Assembly (NCBI GenBank): GCA_016176525.1
Contig: JACOWZ010000003.1
Span: 385,000-448,999, forward strand
From: Candidatus Colwellbacteria bacterium
GTDB taxonomy: Bacteria > Patescibacteriota > Minisyncoccia > UBA6257 > Colwellbacteraceae
DNA length: 64,000 nucleotides
Direction: 5' to 3'
This document shows, piece by piece, positions 46,342-54,709 of the stretch. The translations under genes were made by a program, and so were the position numbers. The notes under the pieces were generated by a model, which was not told the origin of the DNA, made no database searches, and was given only the letters and a program-made list of their open reading frames with translations. The stretch's first letter is position 1; each line of letters starts with the position of its first letter.

Positions 46342-46950
46342 ATGGTGAAGTACCCTTTTTGGAAACGTGTGGAGGACATTTTGGGCTCTACCTTTGGGAT
46401 TTTGCTTATTTCGCCCATTTTGCCTTTTATAGTTCTAGCAATAAAACTTGAGTACCCGCGTGAAAAGACACTTGTAAAACTAAAAAGAGTAAGCGAAGGC
46501 AAGATAATAGAAGTATATAAATTTAGAAATATGATACCGAATGCGGATAAAATAAAAAAAGATCTATTACATTTAAACGAACGCACAGACGGCCCGTTTT
46601 TTAAGATTTCTAGAGATCCACGCGTGACGCGGGTTGGGCGAGTGTTGCGCAAATTTCGCTTAGATGAATTTCCGCAGCTTATAAATGTTTTGCGGGGCGA
46701 GCTTGCGCTTGTGGGTCCACGGCCGCATGAGCGCGAGGAGGTTGATGCCTACCCCGCGGAGTATAAAGATATAGCTGAATATAGAGCCGGAGTAACCGGT
46801 CTTTCACAAGTTAGCGGCGCATCAAGCCTCGCTTTTATGCGCGAGCTTGAACTGGACAAATTTTATATACAAAACCGTTCTTTATGGATGGATGTTAAAA
46901 TACTTTTTAGAACCGCCGCGATTTTATTTTTTGACCCAACAGCAGTATGA
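46342..46950 (+). CDS. Bacterial sugar transferase (polyprenyl-phosphate hexose-1-phosphate transferase, WbaP C-terminal-type)
   Basis: N-terminal TM; DEFPQLINVLRGELALVGPRP and AGVTGLSQV motifs. Confidence 0.85.
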   Translation: MVKYPFWKRVEDILGSTFGILLISPILPFIVLAIKLEYPREKTLVKLKRVSEGKIIEVYKFRNMIPNADKIKKDLLHLNERTDGPFFKISRDPRVTRVGRVLRKFRLDEFPQLINVLRGELALVGPRPHEREEVDAYPAEYKDIAEYRAGVTGLSQVSGASSLAFMRELELDKFYIQNRSLWMDVKILFRTAAILFFDPTAV

Positions 46951-48998
46951 AAAAACAACCGATAAATAACGTAAGGTATGTAGTAAAAGATGTTTATCAT
47001 CCGCGGGAGCGCGGGCGTAAATTGCGCAAATCCACAAAAAGCTCCGGATATTTTTCGCGCGCCGGTTGGGTGCCTAATAAATTTAATATAAAACCGCGGC
47101 GCCTGCCATTTGGAGTGAGGAGAGTTGCAGCCTTTGGGGCACTCGCCATATTTTTGGCTGTGTTTGCTTATGGAGGTTATCTCTGGAGCTATAAAGACGA
47201 TGGGATGCGTTCTATTTCTAATATCTATGAGAACTTTAAGTCGGCTGCAGAAAATATGGTGCTCTTGAACACTGATGCAGCGCGGGAATTTTTAGAAAAC
47301 ATAGAAATTGAAGTTAAAGGCATTGATGGCAGAACAAAACTCTTGAACGCGGCGCCTGTTTTAAGCGAAGTTCCACGCGCAGTCGGCAATATTGCGGAGC
47401 TCACTACTCTTATGAATTTACTGAATTCCGATGTTGAAAGTTTAAAGACCAATGGCTTCAATATGCTTTTTAGCGAAACCGGCCAAGGAATAACGAGTAT
47501 TTTAAAGAATACTCAAGCAAATATTGTTAAAATAGAAAATCTCGTAAGAGAGCTTAAAAACGCTGCCTCGAAGTTTGGGCTTGCCTCTACAACCATAGCC
47601 GGCGATTATTTAGCGCTTGATGTTAGCCTTACTAGGGGCTCTGATTTCATTAACGGCATCTTAAATCTTTTGGATTCTGGCGAGGATAAGAGATTGATTG
47701 TATTTTTTGAAAACCCTTCGGAGATTAGGCCCGGTGGCGGGTTTTTAGGCAGTTATGCAGAATTAGTGCTCGGTGGCGGCAGAGTAAAGCAGATAAATGT
47801 AAACGATGTTTATTATCCTGTGCGGTTTTCCGATTTTAAAATTGTGCCGCCTAAGCAGTTGCAAGCTATAGTGGGCAGTTGGAACACACAGGATGCGAAT
47901 TGGTTTTTTGATTTTGCAATGTCTGCCGAAAAAACCCTTGATTTTTTGGAAGCCTCGGATATTTACGAGGGTAAACATATGGCAGGCGCAGTCGCAATAA
48001 ATGTAAAAGTCATAGAAGATATATTGCCGCTTATCGGGGAAATAGAGGTGCCAGAATATGGGCTTACACTAACTTCTAAAAACTTTTTGCGCGAGGTACA
48101 AGAAGAGGTTGAGGTAGGTAGAGATAAGAAGCCCGGCCAGAACCCCAAAAAGATTTTAAATATTATAACGCCAATTTTAATGGAGCGGCTCTCAAACTTA
48201 GATGATAACGACAAATTACAGCTTGCCCAAATTTTTGCAAAGCGCGCTATAAACAAAGATATAAAGTTTTATTTCCGCGACAAAACCCTACAAGATTTCG
48301 CAGAAGAATATCTTGTTGCCGGCAGGGTGTTTAAAATACCCACAGGGTTTAGTGGAGATTACTTAGCTGTAGTTAATGCCAACGTTGCGGGAGGGAAAAC
48401 CGATGTTTTTGTGCGCCAGAGTATTGATTTAACTTCACATATAGATAGTGCTGGTGCAGTTGTAAACAAGCTCTCTATTGAACGTGCACATGAGGGCTAT
48501 GGTGAGAGAGAATGGTGGTATAGGGCGACCAACCAGAATTACATAAAAGTATTCGCGCCCACCGGCGCCAAGCTAGAGAGTTTGAGCGGCAACACTTCTA
48601 AAAATGTAACTCCCTTGGTAGACTATAGCATCGCGGATTATAAGGTTGATGAGGATTTGTCTTATGTGGAAGATACTAGAAGGTTCTTAACAGAGTTTGA
48701 AACATCTGAGTTTAAGGAGCTTGGAAAAACTTCTTGGGGAACATGGTTTAGCGTACAGGCAGGGGCAGAGCGCACACTTGAATTGCAATATGTTAACCCT
48801 AAGCGCGTGCGCGCTTATGATGGGGCAAAATATATATTTGTGCTAGACAAGCAATCTGGAGTTGAGTCTGAATTTAAGTATTCAATTGCTACACCGGAGG
48901 GTTTTGTGTGGGCAGAGTCCGGCACAAGTATATTCGAATATTCTACAAGAGAGATCCCCGCGCGGCTTACAATAGAATTAACTCTAAGAGAAGAATAA
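46947..48998 (+). CDS. Large membrane-anchored extracytoplasmic protein, DUF4012-like
   Basis: N-terminal TM; conserved ENPSEIRPGGGFLGSYAEL motif; follows the sugar transferase with 4-nt overlap. Confidence 0.55.
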   Translation: MKKQPINNVRYVVKDVYHPRERGRKLRKSTKSSGYFSRAGWVPNKFNIKPRRLPFGVRRVAAFGALAIFLAVFAYGGYLWSYKDDGMRSISNIYENFKSAAENMVLLNTDAAREFLENIEIEVKGIDGRTKLLNAAPVLSEVPRAVGNIAELTTLMNLLNSDVESLKTNGFNMLFSETGQGITSILKNTQANIVKIENLVRELKNAASKFGLASTTIAGDYLALDVSLTRGSDFINGILNLLDSGEDKRLIVFFENPSEIRPGGGFLGSYAELVLGGGRVKQINVNDVYYPVRFSDFKIVPPKQLQAIVGSWNTQDANWFFDFAMSAEKTLDFLEASDIYEGKHMAGAVAINVKVIEDILPLIGEIEVPEYGLTLTSKNFLREVQEEVEVGRDKKPGQNPKKILNIITPILMERLSNLDDNDKLQLAQIFAKRAINKDIKFYFRDKTLQDFAEEYLVAGRVFKIPTGFSGDYLAVVNANVAGGKTDVFVRQSIDLTSHIDSAGAVVNKLSIERAHEGYGEREWWYRATNQNYIKVFAPTGAKLESLSGNTSKNVTPLVDYSIADYKVDEDLSYVEDTRRFLTEFETSEFKELGKTSWGTWFSVQAGAERTLELQYVNPKRVRAYDGAKYIFVLDKQSGVESEFKYSIATPEGFVWAESGTSIFEYSTREIPARLTIELTLREE

Positions 48999-49016
48999 GC
49001 TTTAATTCACATTGCA

Positions 49017-49040
49017 GGTGTTATGATCAATCATAACACC
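49017..49040. repeat. 24-bp palindrome copy D (GGTGTTATGATCAATCATAACACC), 28 bp upstream of lepA
   Basis: Read directly. Confidence 0.9.
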
Positions 49041-49068
49041 ACTGTATCAGCACATCATTTATGAATAT

Positions 49069-50820
49069 ATGGAGATAAGAAATTTTGTAATCATAGCCCA
49101 TGTTGACCATGGGAAGAGTACGCTTGCCGATAGGCTTTTGGAGGCGACCCACACCGTTTCAGCGCATAAGATGAAAGCGCAGTATTTAGATGCGCTGGAG
49201 CTTGAGCGCGAGCGTGGGATAACCATAAAAATGGCACCGGTAAGAATGAAATATGGCGAATATATTTTGAATTTAATTGATACTCCTGGGCACAGCGACT
49301 TTAGTTATGAAGTTTCGCGCTCTTTGGGTGCGGTTGAGGGTGCGGTGCTACTGGTCGATATTACACAAGGCGCGCAGGCTCAAACCCTTGCAAATTTAGA
49401 CTCTGCCCGGCGCGCAGGCTTAAAAATAATAGGCGCGATAAATAAAATTGATTTAAACCCGGCGGGTGCGGATACTGCTTCCGAGGAACTCGCCTCGCTT
49501 TTGGGCTGTAAAAAAGAAGAAATTCATCGTGTTTCAGGCAAAACCGGCGAGGGTGTGGAAGGCCTTTTACAAGATATTGCGCGTAGAGTTCCTGGGCCTA
49601 AAATCGGGGGTGAGGAAAAATCTGCGCTTATTTTTAGCTCTACTTATAATAACCATAAAGGTGTTATTGCGTATGTTCGGGTTTTCGGCGGCAAGTTTAA
49701 GGCGGGTGAAAATGTGAAGCTTTTGGGAGTTAACGAGTCTTTTAAGATAAAAGAAGTTGGCTACTTTACGCCAGAATTTAAACCAGCCGACGCATTAGAG
49801 AACGGTGAGATAGGGTATATTGCAACTGGAATAAAAGATCCCGATATTATCAAAATAGGTGACACTGTTGGTTCAGATGGCGGGACGCCTCTGTCTGGTT
49901 TTAAAATTCCCCAGCCGGTTGTCTTTGTATCTATCTATCCAGACGAGAGTGATGACTATGACGATTTGAAGTTTGCTTTTGGCAAGTTACGGCTTGGTGA
50001 TTCTTCTTTAAGTTTTGCGCCGGATTTTAACGAAGTATTGGGGCGAGGCTTTAAATGCGGCTTTTTGGGCAAACTGCATATGGAAATAACAATACAAAGA
50101 TTAGAACGTGAGTTTGGCTTAAAAACTGTAAACAGTTTTCCGTCGGTTGCATATTTGGTTAAAACAAAAGATAAGGGGGAGTTTATTGCCGAGACTCCGC
50201 AAGATTTTCCTGCAGACTATTTAGAGGCTAAAGAGCCGATGGCGAATTTAGAGGTTTTGATCCCTGGGGAATATCTAGGCGCGTTTCTGGGGCTCAAAAA
50301 TGAGTTTAAGTTGGAGAATATTACAACCGACAATTACTTGCATAAAATAAAAGTGCGCGCGGCTCTTCCGCTCTCCGAGCTTATTGCGGATTTTGACGAC
50401 AGGTTAAAATCTATATCTTCTGGGTTTGCATCTTTTAGCTACGAGATAACTGATTTTCGCAGTGCAGACTTAAGAAAGTTAGATGTGCTTGTCGCCGGTG
50501 AACCTTTGGCGGGGCTCTCCAGAATTGTGCACAAAGAAGATGTTGAATCGGTTGGCCGCAATCTTGTTGTAAGGCTAAAAGACCTTTTACCGAAGGTGCA
50601 GTTTACGCAGGCCTTGCAGGCAATTGTGGGTGGCAAAATTATAGCGCGCGAAACTATACCGGCTCTACAAAAACGGCTTGGTTATTTTGGCAAAACCGGA
50701 GGAGACAGAACCCGCAAAATGAAACTCTGGAAGAAACAAAAAGAGGGTAAGGCGCGGCTAAAGGAGAGGGGGAGGGTGAGTGTACCCGCCGAGGCATTTA
50801 AGGAGCTTTTGAAAAAGTAA
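49069..50820 (+). CDS. lepA: Elongation factor 4 (LepA)
   Basis: G1 AHVDHGKSTLADRLL, DTPGH, NKIDL motifs; LepA C-terminal domain. Confidence 0.9.
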   Translation: MEIRNFVIIAHVDHGKSTLADRLLEATHTVSAHKMKAQYLDALELERERGITIKMAPVRMKYGEYILNLIDTPGHSDFSYEVSRSLGAVEGAVLLVDITQGAQAQTLANLDSARRAGLKIIGAINKIDLNPAGADTASEELASLLGCKKEEIHRVSGKTGEGVEGLLQDIARRVPGPKIGGEEKSALIFSSTYNNHKGVIAYVRVFGGKFKAGENVKLLGVNESFKIKEVGYFTPEFKPADALENGEIGYIATGIKDPDIIKIGDTVGSDGGTPLSGFKIPQPVVFVSIYPDESDDYDDLKFAFGKLRLGDSSLSFAPDFNEVLGRGFKCGFLGKLHMEITIQRLEREFGLKTVNSFPSVAYLVKTKDKGEFIAETPQDFPADYLEAKEPMANLEVLIPGEYLGAFLGLKNEFKLENITTDNYLHKIKVRAALPLSELIADFDDRLKSISSGFASFSYEITDFRSADLRKLDVLVAGEPLAGLSRIVHKEDVESVGRNLVVRLKDLLPKVQFTQALQAIVGGKIIARETIPALQKRLGYFGKTGGDRTRKMKLWKKQKEGKARLKERGRVSVPAEAFKELLKK

Positions 50821-50830
50821 CCCTAGCCTT

Positions 50831-50945
50831 CACCAAACCCACAGTATCTCGAGTCACCGGCGTAAAATTCCCGACTGTTTTTTCGCCTTTTTCTCGCCTC
50901 GTCAGGCTCCGAAGATGACTCTCGACACAATGGGTTTGGTTCGCC
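50831..50945. repeat. ~115-bp intergenic element bounded by inverted repeats, copy iii
   Basis: Near-identical to copy ii over ~105 of 115 positions; terminal IRs ACCAAACCCA/TGGGTTTGGT. Confidence 0.8.
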
Positions 50946-50951
50946 TAAATA

Positions 50952-51260
50952 TTGTTTGGGATTTATAATGTAACTATGCGCATAGTGGTCTATATAGTAT
51001 TCGGTGCTGTAAGCGCCATAATTCTCTACCACCTCTATGGCGCTAATTTAGAGAGGTTGGAGCTAAAAGAGAGATACTCTGCTTCAATGGAGGAGTTGGG
51101 TGAGTTAAAGACTGATATAGAGGGCCTAGAGAGTGACATTGAATACTACTCTGACCCGCGCAATCTTGAAAAAGAGATGCGTGCGAGGTTTAATTACAGA
51201 GCTCCAAATGAAAAGACTATTATAGTTGTGCCGGAGGAGAGTAACGACGCAACAGAGTAA
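50952..51260 (+). CDS. Septum formation initiator (FtsB/DivIC-like) small membrane protein; the start is probably the internal MRIVVY
   Basis: TM then coiled coil then ARFNYRAPNEKTIIV C-terminal motif. Confidence 0.5.
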   Translation: MFGIYNVTMRIVVYIVFGAVSAIILYHLYGANLERLELKERYSASMEELGELKTDIEGLESDIEYYSDPRNLEKEMRARFNYRAPNEKTIIVVPEESNDATE

Positions 51261-51286
51261 CGAGGTAACTAAGTAACAATGTAACT

Positions 51287-51357
51287 GCGAGTGTAGTACA
51301 GTGGCAGTACGCGACCTTCCCAAGGTTGAGACGAGGGTTCGATTCCCTTCACTCGCT
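51287..51357 (+). tRNA. tRNA-Gly (CCC)
   Basis: Acceptor GCGAGTG/CACTCGC, anticodon loop TTCCCAA, T-arm GAGGGTTCGATTCCCTT. Confidence 0.8.
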
Positions 51358-51530
51358 CAAATGTTATAATATTTGTATGGATGGCAAGACTAAAGAATTT
51401 ATAGATGCGGCGCTTACAGACAAGCCAACGTCTTTTAAAGACAGTTTACTGCGCAGGCCTGTTAGTCTTGGGAATATAGCAGACGCGTTTCGGATTGGTT
51501 TGCGGTCTATTTTTAAAAAGTCTAAAAAAA

Positions 51531-51806
51531 CTACGGAGCAGGTTCCTCCACAGGAGCAGACTCCTCCGCAGGAGCAACAACCTCCGCAGGTAAAGTAATG
51601 CCAAGCTTCGGCGCTATTTTTTCATAACCTTCTGTGTTTAAGTGTATAAGCTCTGCGCGAATTTGCTCTTGGTCTATGCTGAATATTTTGTTGATTCTGT
51701 CGGATACAAACCGATATGTTGCATATGTTCCTAATGATATAAATATTGCCAAAAATAGAGTAATAACCCTATACAACCATCTGTTTTTTTCTTTTTGATT
51801 ATTCAT
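51531..51806 (-). CDS. Small membrane protein, hypothetical (pilus-cluster associated)
   Basis: Single TM, Pro/Glu/Ala-rich tail. Confidence 0.3.
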   Translation of the reverse strand: MNNQKEKNRWLYRVITLFLAIFISLGTYATYRFVSDRINKIFSIDQEQIRAELIHLNTEGYEKIAPKLGITLPAEVVAPAEESAPVEEPAP

Positions 51807-51810
51807 ATTT

Positions 51811-52380
51811 TTAGCGAATATCTTTAACGTAGAGCCTCGCTCTAACTGTGGTTTGCGATAAGGCAGATGCCCACCCGCCGAAGGCTTCGCCCGAGGAAAT
51901 TGAAAAACTCAATATTGGCGAGAAGAATTGCAGCTCTTCAATTTCTTTTAATAGGCTGGTTAGAGATGTTATGTTCATAGTTTCGTTTAGCGCATATTCG
52001 GTGTATGCCAGGCGCACTCCGCTTTCGCCGGGGTCATCAAGCGGAATCGGCTGCGAGAAGCGCGGAGTTTGTATTATTCCATATTTTCTTGTAATGGAGT
52101 CTAACACGACCAGAAAGTCTAGAATATTTTCTGATGATGGTACGGAATCTTCCAGTTTTGCATAATTTTCTTCGCCTATTTTTGCAAGCGCATCGCGGTG
52201 CTCTTGCTCGTTTTCTGCGCGGCTAATTTGTATTTCTTGGTTAGTCTTCTGCGATTGAATATCTGCGCTGATTTTGTTTATCTGCCAACCGGATATTCCT
52301 ATTACAATACCGGAGACAATAAGCGCTATAAGCGGTTTTATTGCATATCTTGGTATTTTAGGAATATTTAGCTTTTGCAT
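51811..52380 (-). CDS. PilO-like type IV pilus inner-membrane component (hypothetical)
   Basis: N-terminal TM plus coiled coil; sits directly downstream of the pilM/N fusion. Confidence 0.45.
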   Translation of the reverse strand: MQKLNIPKIPRYAIKPLIALIVSGIVIGISGWQINKISADIQSQKTNQEIQISRAENEQEHRDALAKIGEENYAKLEDSVPSSENILDFLVVLDSITRKYGIIQTPRFSQPIPLDDPGESGVRLAYTEYALNETMNITSLTSLLKEIEELQFFSPILSFSISSGEAFGGWASALSQTTVRARLYVKDIR

Positions 52381-52386
52381 GATTAT

Positions 52387-53793
52387 TTAGTATAAAGTTT
52401 GCGGGTTTTTAACTTTAAACCTTACGTTGAATGGAATGTTTGTGCGCAGTTCCAGATTTTGTATCGGTATCTCAACTTCCGTTGCAAACTCGGATTCTTC
52501 TAGGGTTTTTCTAAACTCGCTTAATATTTCTCTTGTAGATGCTTTGCCCTCTAAAACTAGAGTTTCTGTAGGATTGCCGATTGTAAGTTTGGTAATAGTT
52601 ATACCGGCTGGCAGTGCGGCGCGGAGAGTTTCTAAAAACCTGCTCCAGCGAGGGCTAGTGGAGTCAATCTCTGCGAGTTGGCCAGTTAGGCTGTTAAACG
52701 CCAAAACCCTTTTTTCTAGGGCAATGTTTTCTACACTTCTTTCTTGGATAATTGCCAAAGTTTCTGTTTTTACGCCTTCTTGTATTATGGCAAGAAGCGC
52801 CCACGAACCCAAGAAAACAGCGCTAAATATTATTGAAACTCCGGTTATTACGTTTGATACAAGCCTTATAAAGGCGAGCCTTTTTTGCTCTTCGTAGGCA
52901 GTTTCTGTGCCCACTGCCATAAGACTGATTAACTCGTCGTCGCTGCGGGGGATTAAGCCGCGGAGAGCCGCGCCGAGGGCCCCGAGCCATTCTTTTGCTT
53001 TGCCTGTCAGTCTTTGGTCGGCGGCGAATTTTTCCGGGAGTTTTAAGTTTTCTGCAGAAATTGTCGCCGAGAACAGCATTTTTGTGGATTCGCTGAAGTC
53101 TGAGAATCTTTTTATTGCCGAATTCAATTCATCTGCGGACAGGTTTGCCGGCAAAATGTGCGCAAATTTAACAGATTTGTGTTGTATAACAGCAAAAGTT
53201 TGAGTTGTTTTGTCGGGTAAAATAACAAGTGTTGGCGCATCTGTGCCGATCTCTGCAACGCGCGCGGCTGCAAGCACCCGCGGTTCCATGGCTATTATTT
53301 TTAGCTTTGCGTTTGTTATCGCTTTTATGTATGCGTTTGCGTGGTTCTTGCGGATTAATGCGAGTAATAGCTCGTTTGTGTTTTTTCCCTCAACGCGTTC
53401 CCAGTCAATATATGCGTCTTCTGGCGGAACCGGCAAATTAAAACCCGATGCTGTTGCCATTGCCTCTTGCAGTTTGCCTCTAGTAATGCTTGCTGGGAAT
53501 GTAAAAGTTCTAAAATATACTTTTGCCTCTGGTATAGAGACTATTACGTTTGCAGGGCGGGCGGAAAGCTTTTCTAAAACTTTATTTATTGCCTCGGTTA
53601 GCTTTTCAGGCTGTTTTAGTTCGCCGTCTGCGACTATGTCTTCTTGTAGCGGCTCTTCTGCGAGTTCTTTTATAAAAAGTTTGCCGCTCTTGTCGCGTGC
53701 GAGCCAGGCAAGCCGCACCGCGTCGTCTGCAATATCTAGTCCGGCAATCGCTTCTTCAATTGTCAGGAGTTTTACTATCTCACTCATTAACAT
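52387..53793 (-). CDS. pilM: Type IV pilus assembly protein PilM fused to a PilN-like TM/coiled-coil domain
   Basis: Actin-like PilM N-terminus (LDIADDAVRLAWL...KELAEEPLQEDIVADG), internal TM ITGVSIIFSAVFLGSWALLAII. Confidence 0.7.
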   Translation of the reverse strand: MLMSEIVKLLTIEEAIAGLDIADDAVRLAWLARDKSGKLFIKELAEEPLQEDIVADGELKQPEKLTEAINKVLEKLSARPANVIVSIPEAKVYFRTFTFPASITRGKLQEAMATASGFNLPVPPEDAYIDWERVEGKNTNELLLALIRKNHANAYIKAITNAKLKIIAMEPRVLAAARVAEIGTDAPTLVILPDKTTQTFAVIQHKSVKFAHILPANLSADELNSAIKRFSDFSESTKMLFSATISAENLKLPEKFAADQRLTGKAKEWLGALGAALRGLIPRSDDELISLMAVGTETAYEEQKRLAFIRLVSNVITGVSIIFSAVFLGSWALLAIIQEGVKTETLAIIQERSVENIALEKRVLAFNSLTGQLAEIDSTSPRWSRFLETLRAALPAGITITKLTIGNPTETLVLEGKASTREILSEFRKTLEESEFATEVEIPIQNLELRTNIPFNVRFKVKNPQTLY

Positions 53794-53885
53794 TAATTCT
53801 ACACTATTTTACTCTGTGCGGTTATTAACATTCTTACCTAAGTCTTAGAGTCGTTTTATGCTATAATTTTCTCGTTAAATTAGAA

Positions 53886-54560
53886 ATGCAAAATTCAACC
53901 AAAAAAGGGTTCACATTGCTTGAGCTCTTGATTGTTATTACCATAATTTCCATTCTCTCGGTTATTTTGATTATTGCGTTAAACCCTGCGGAAACTCTTC
54001 GCAAAGCCCGCGATGTTCAGCGAATATCTGATTTAGCATCTCTCAAAAACGTGATCGCTATTTATATAACTGAGAATGGCGGAGACAATAGTTTTCCTGC
54101 TTTAGATGGTGATCAGACAAATGATGACAATGCTGATTGTGAGGGTGGTGGTGGGACTGAAAGGGTCTGGCTCAGTGCGGATGGAAATGCAACCCCTGAT
54201 ACAAGTATATATGCAAATACGGCCGTTTATACTGACGGTGATAACGGTGATTTCGCAGTTGATGGCACGGGTTGGATTCCGGTTGATTTCGAGGCTCTTA
54301 CTGGCGGTTCACCTATCTCTGGTTTGCCTATTGACCCATCAAATAGCAACGAAGTTACTCTTGGTACTGCAGTTAGCGACACTACGTTGGTATATACTTA
54401 TGTTTGTAGTGACGCAAATACTACATTTGAAATAAATGCAGTTCTTGAAAGTGCTGATTTCGTCAATGGTGGTCCTAATGATAAAGAAGGAAGAGACGGT
54501 GGTAATAATGACAATTTATATGAGGTTGGCACAGAGTTGGATATTGTAAACAGCCGATAG
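53886..54560 (+). CDS. Type IV pilin (prepilin-type N-terminal cleavage/methylation domain)
   Basis: KKGFTLLELLIVITIISIL class III signal; divergently oriented from pilM. Confidence 0.75.
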   Translation: MQNSTKKGFTLLELLIVITIISILSVILIIALNPAETLRKARDVQRISDLASLKNVIAIYITENGGDNSFPALDGDQTNDDNADCEGGGGTERVWLSADGNATPDTSIYANTAVYTDGDNGDFAVDGTGWIPVDFEALTGGSPISGLPIDPSNSNEVTLGTAVSDTTLVYTYVCSDANTTFEINAVLESADFVNGGPNDKEGRDGGNNDNLYEVGTELDIVNSR

Positions 54561-54709
54561 TGGTTGACTTTATTTTAGGTCCGTTTGCGATTTGGAGTAG
54601 TTAGATTTTTTGTTTTCGGGTCTGTGTTAGTATGTTAGTTGCTATTATTGGGCACAATCAAACCCTAACGGGTTTCTAGCTTTTGTAATATGTAATATAA
54701 TTCTAGGCA

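Noticed and set aside
50823-51032. 69-aa minus-strand ORF across the 115-bp repeat element
   Set aside because: It spans a repeat that occurs three times intergenically and overlaps the FtsB-like gene start; unlikely to be coding.
52427-53848. Plus-strand ORFs (156, 98, 212 aa) overlapping pilM/N
   Set aside because: Antisense, Ser/Ala-rich low complexity; the minus-strand PilM-PilN reading frame has clear family features.
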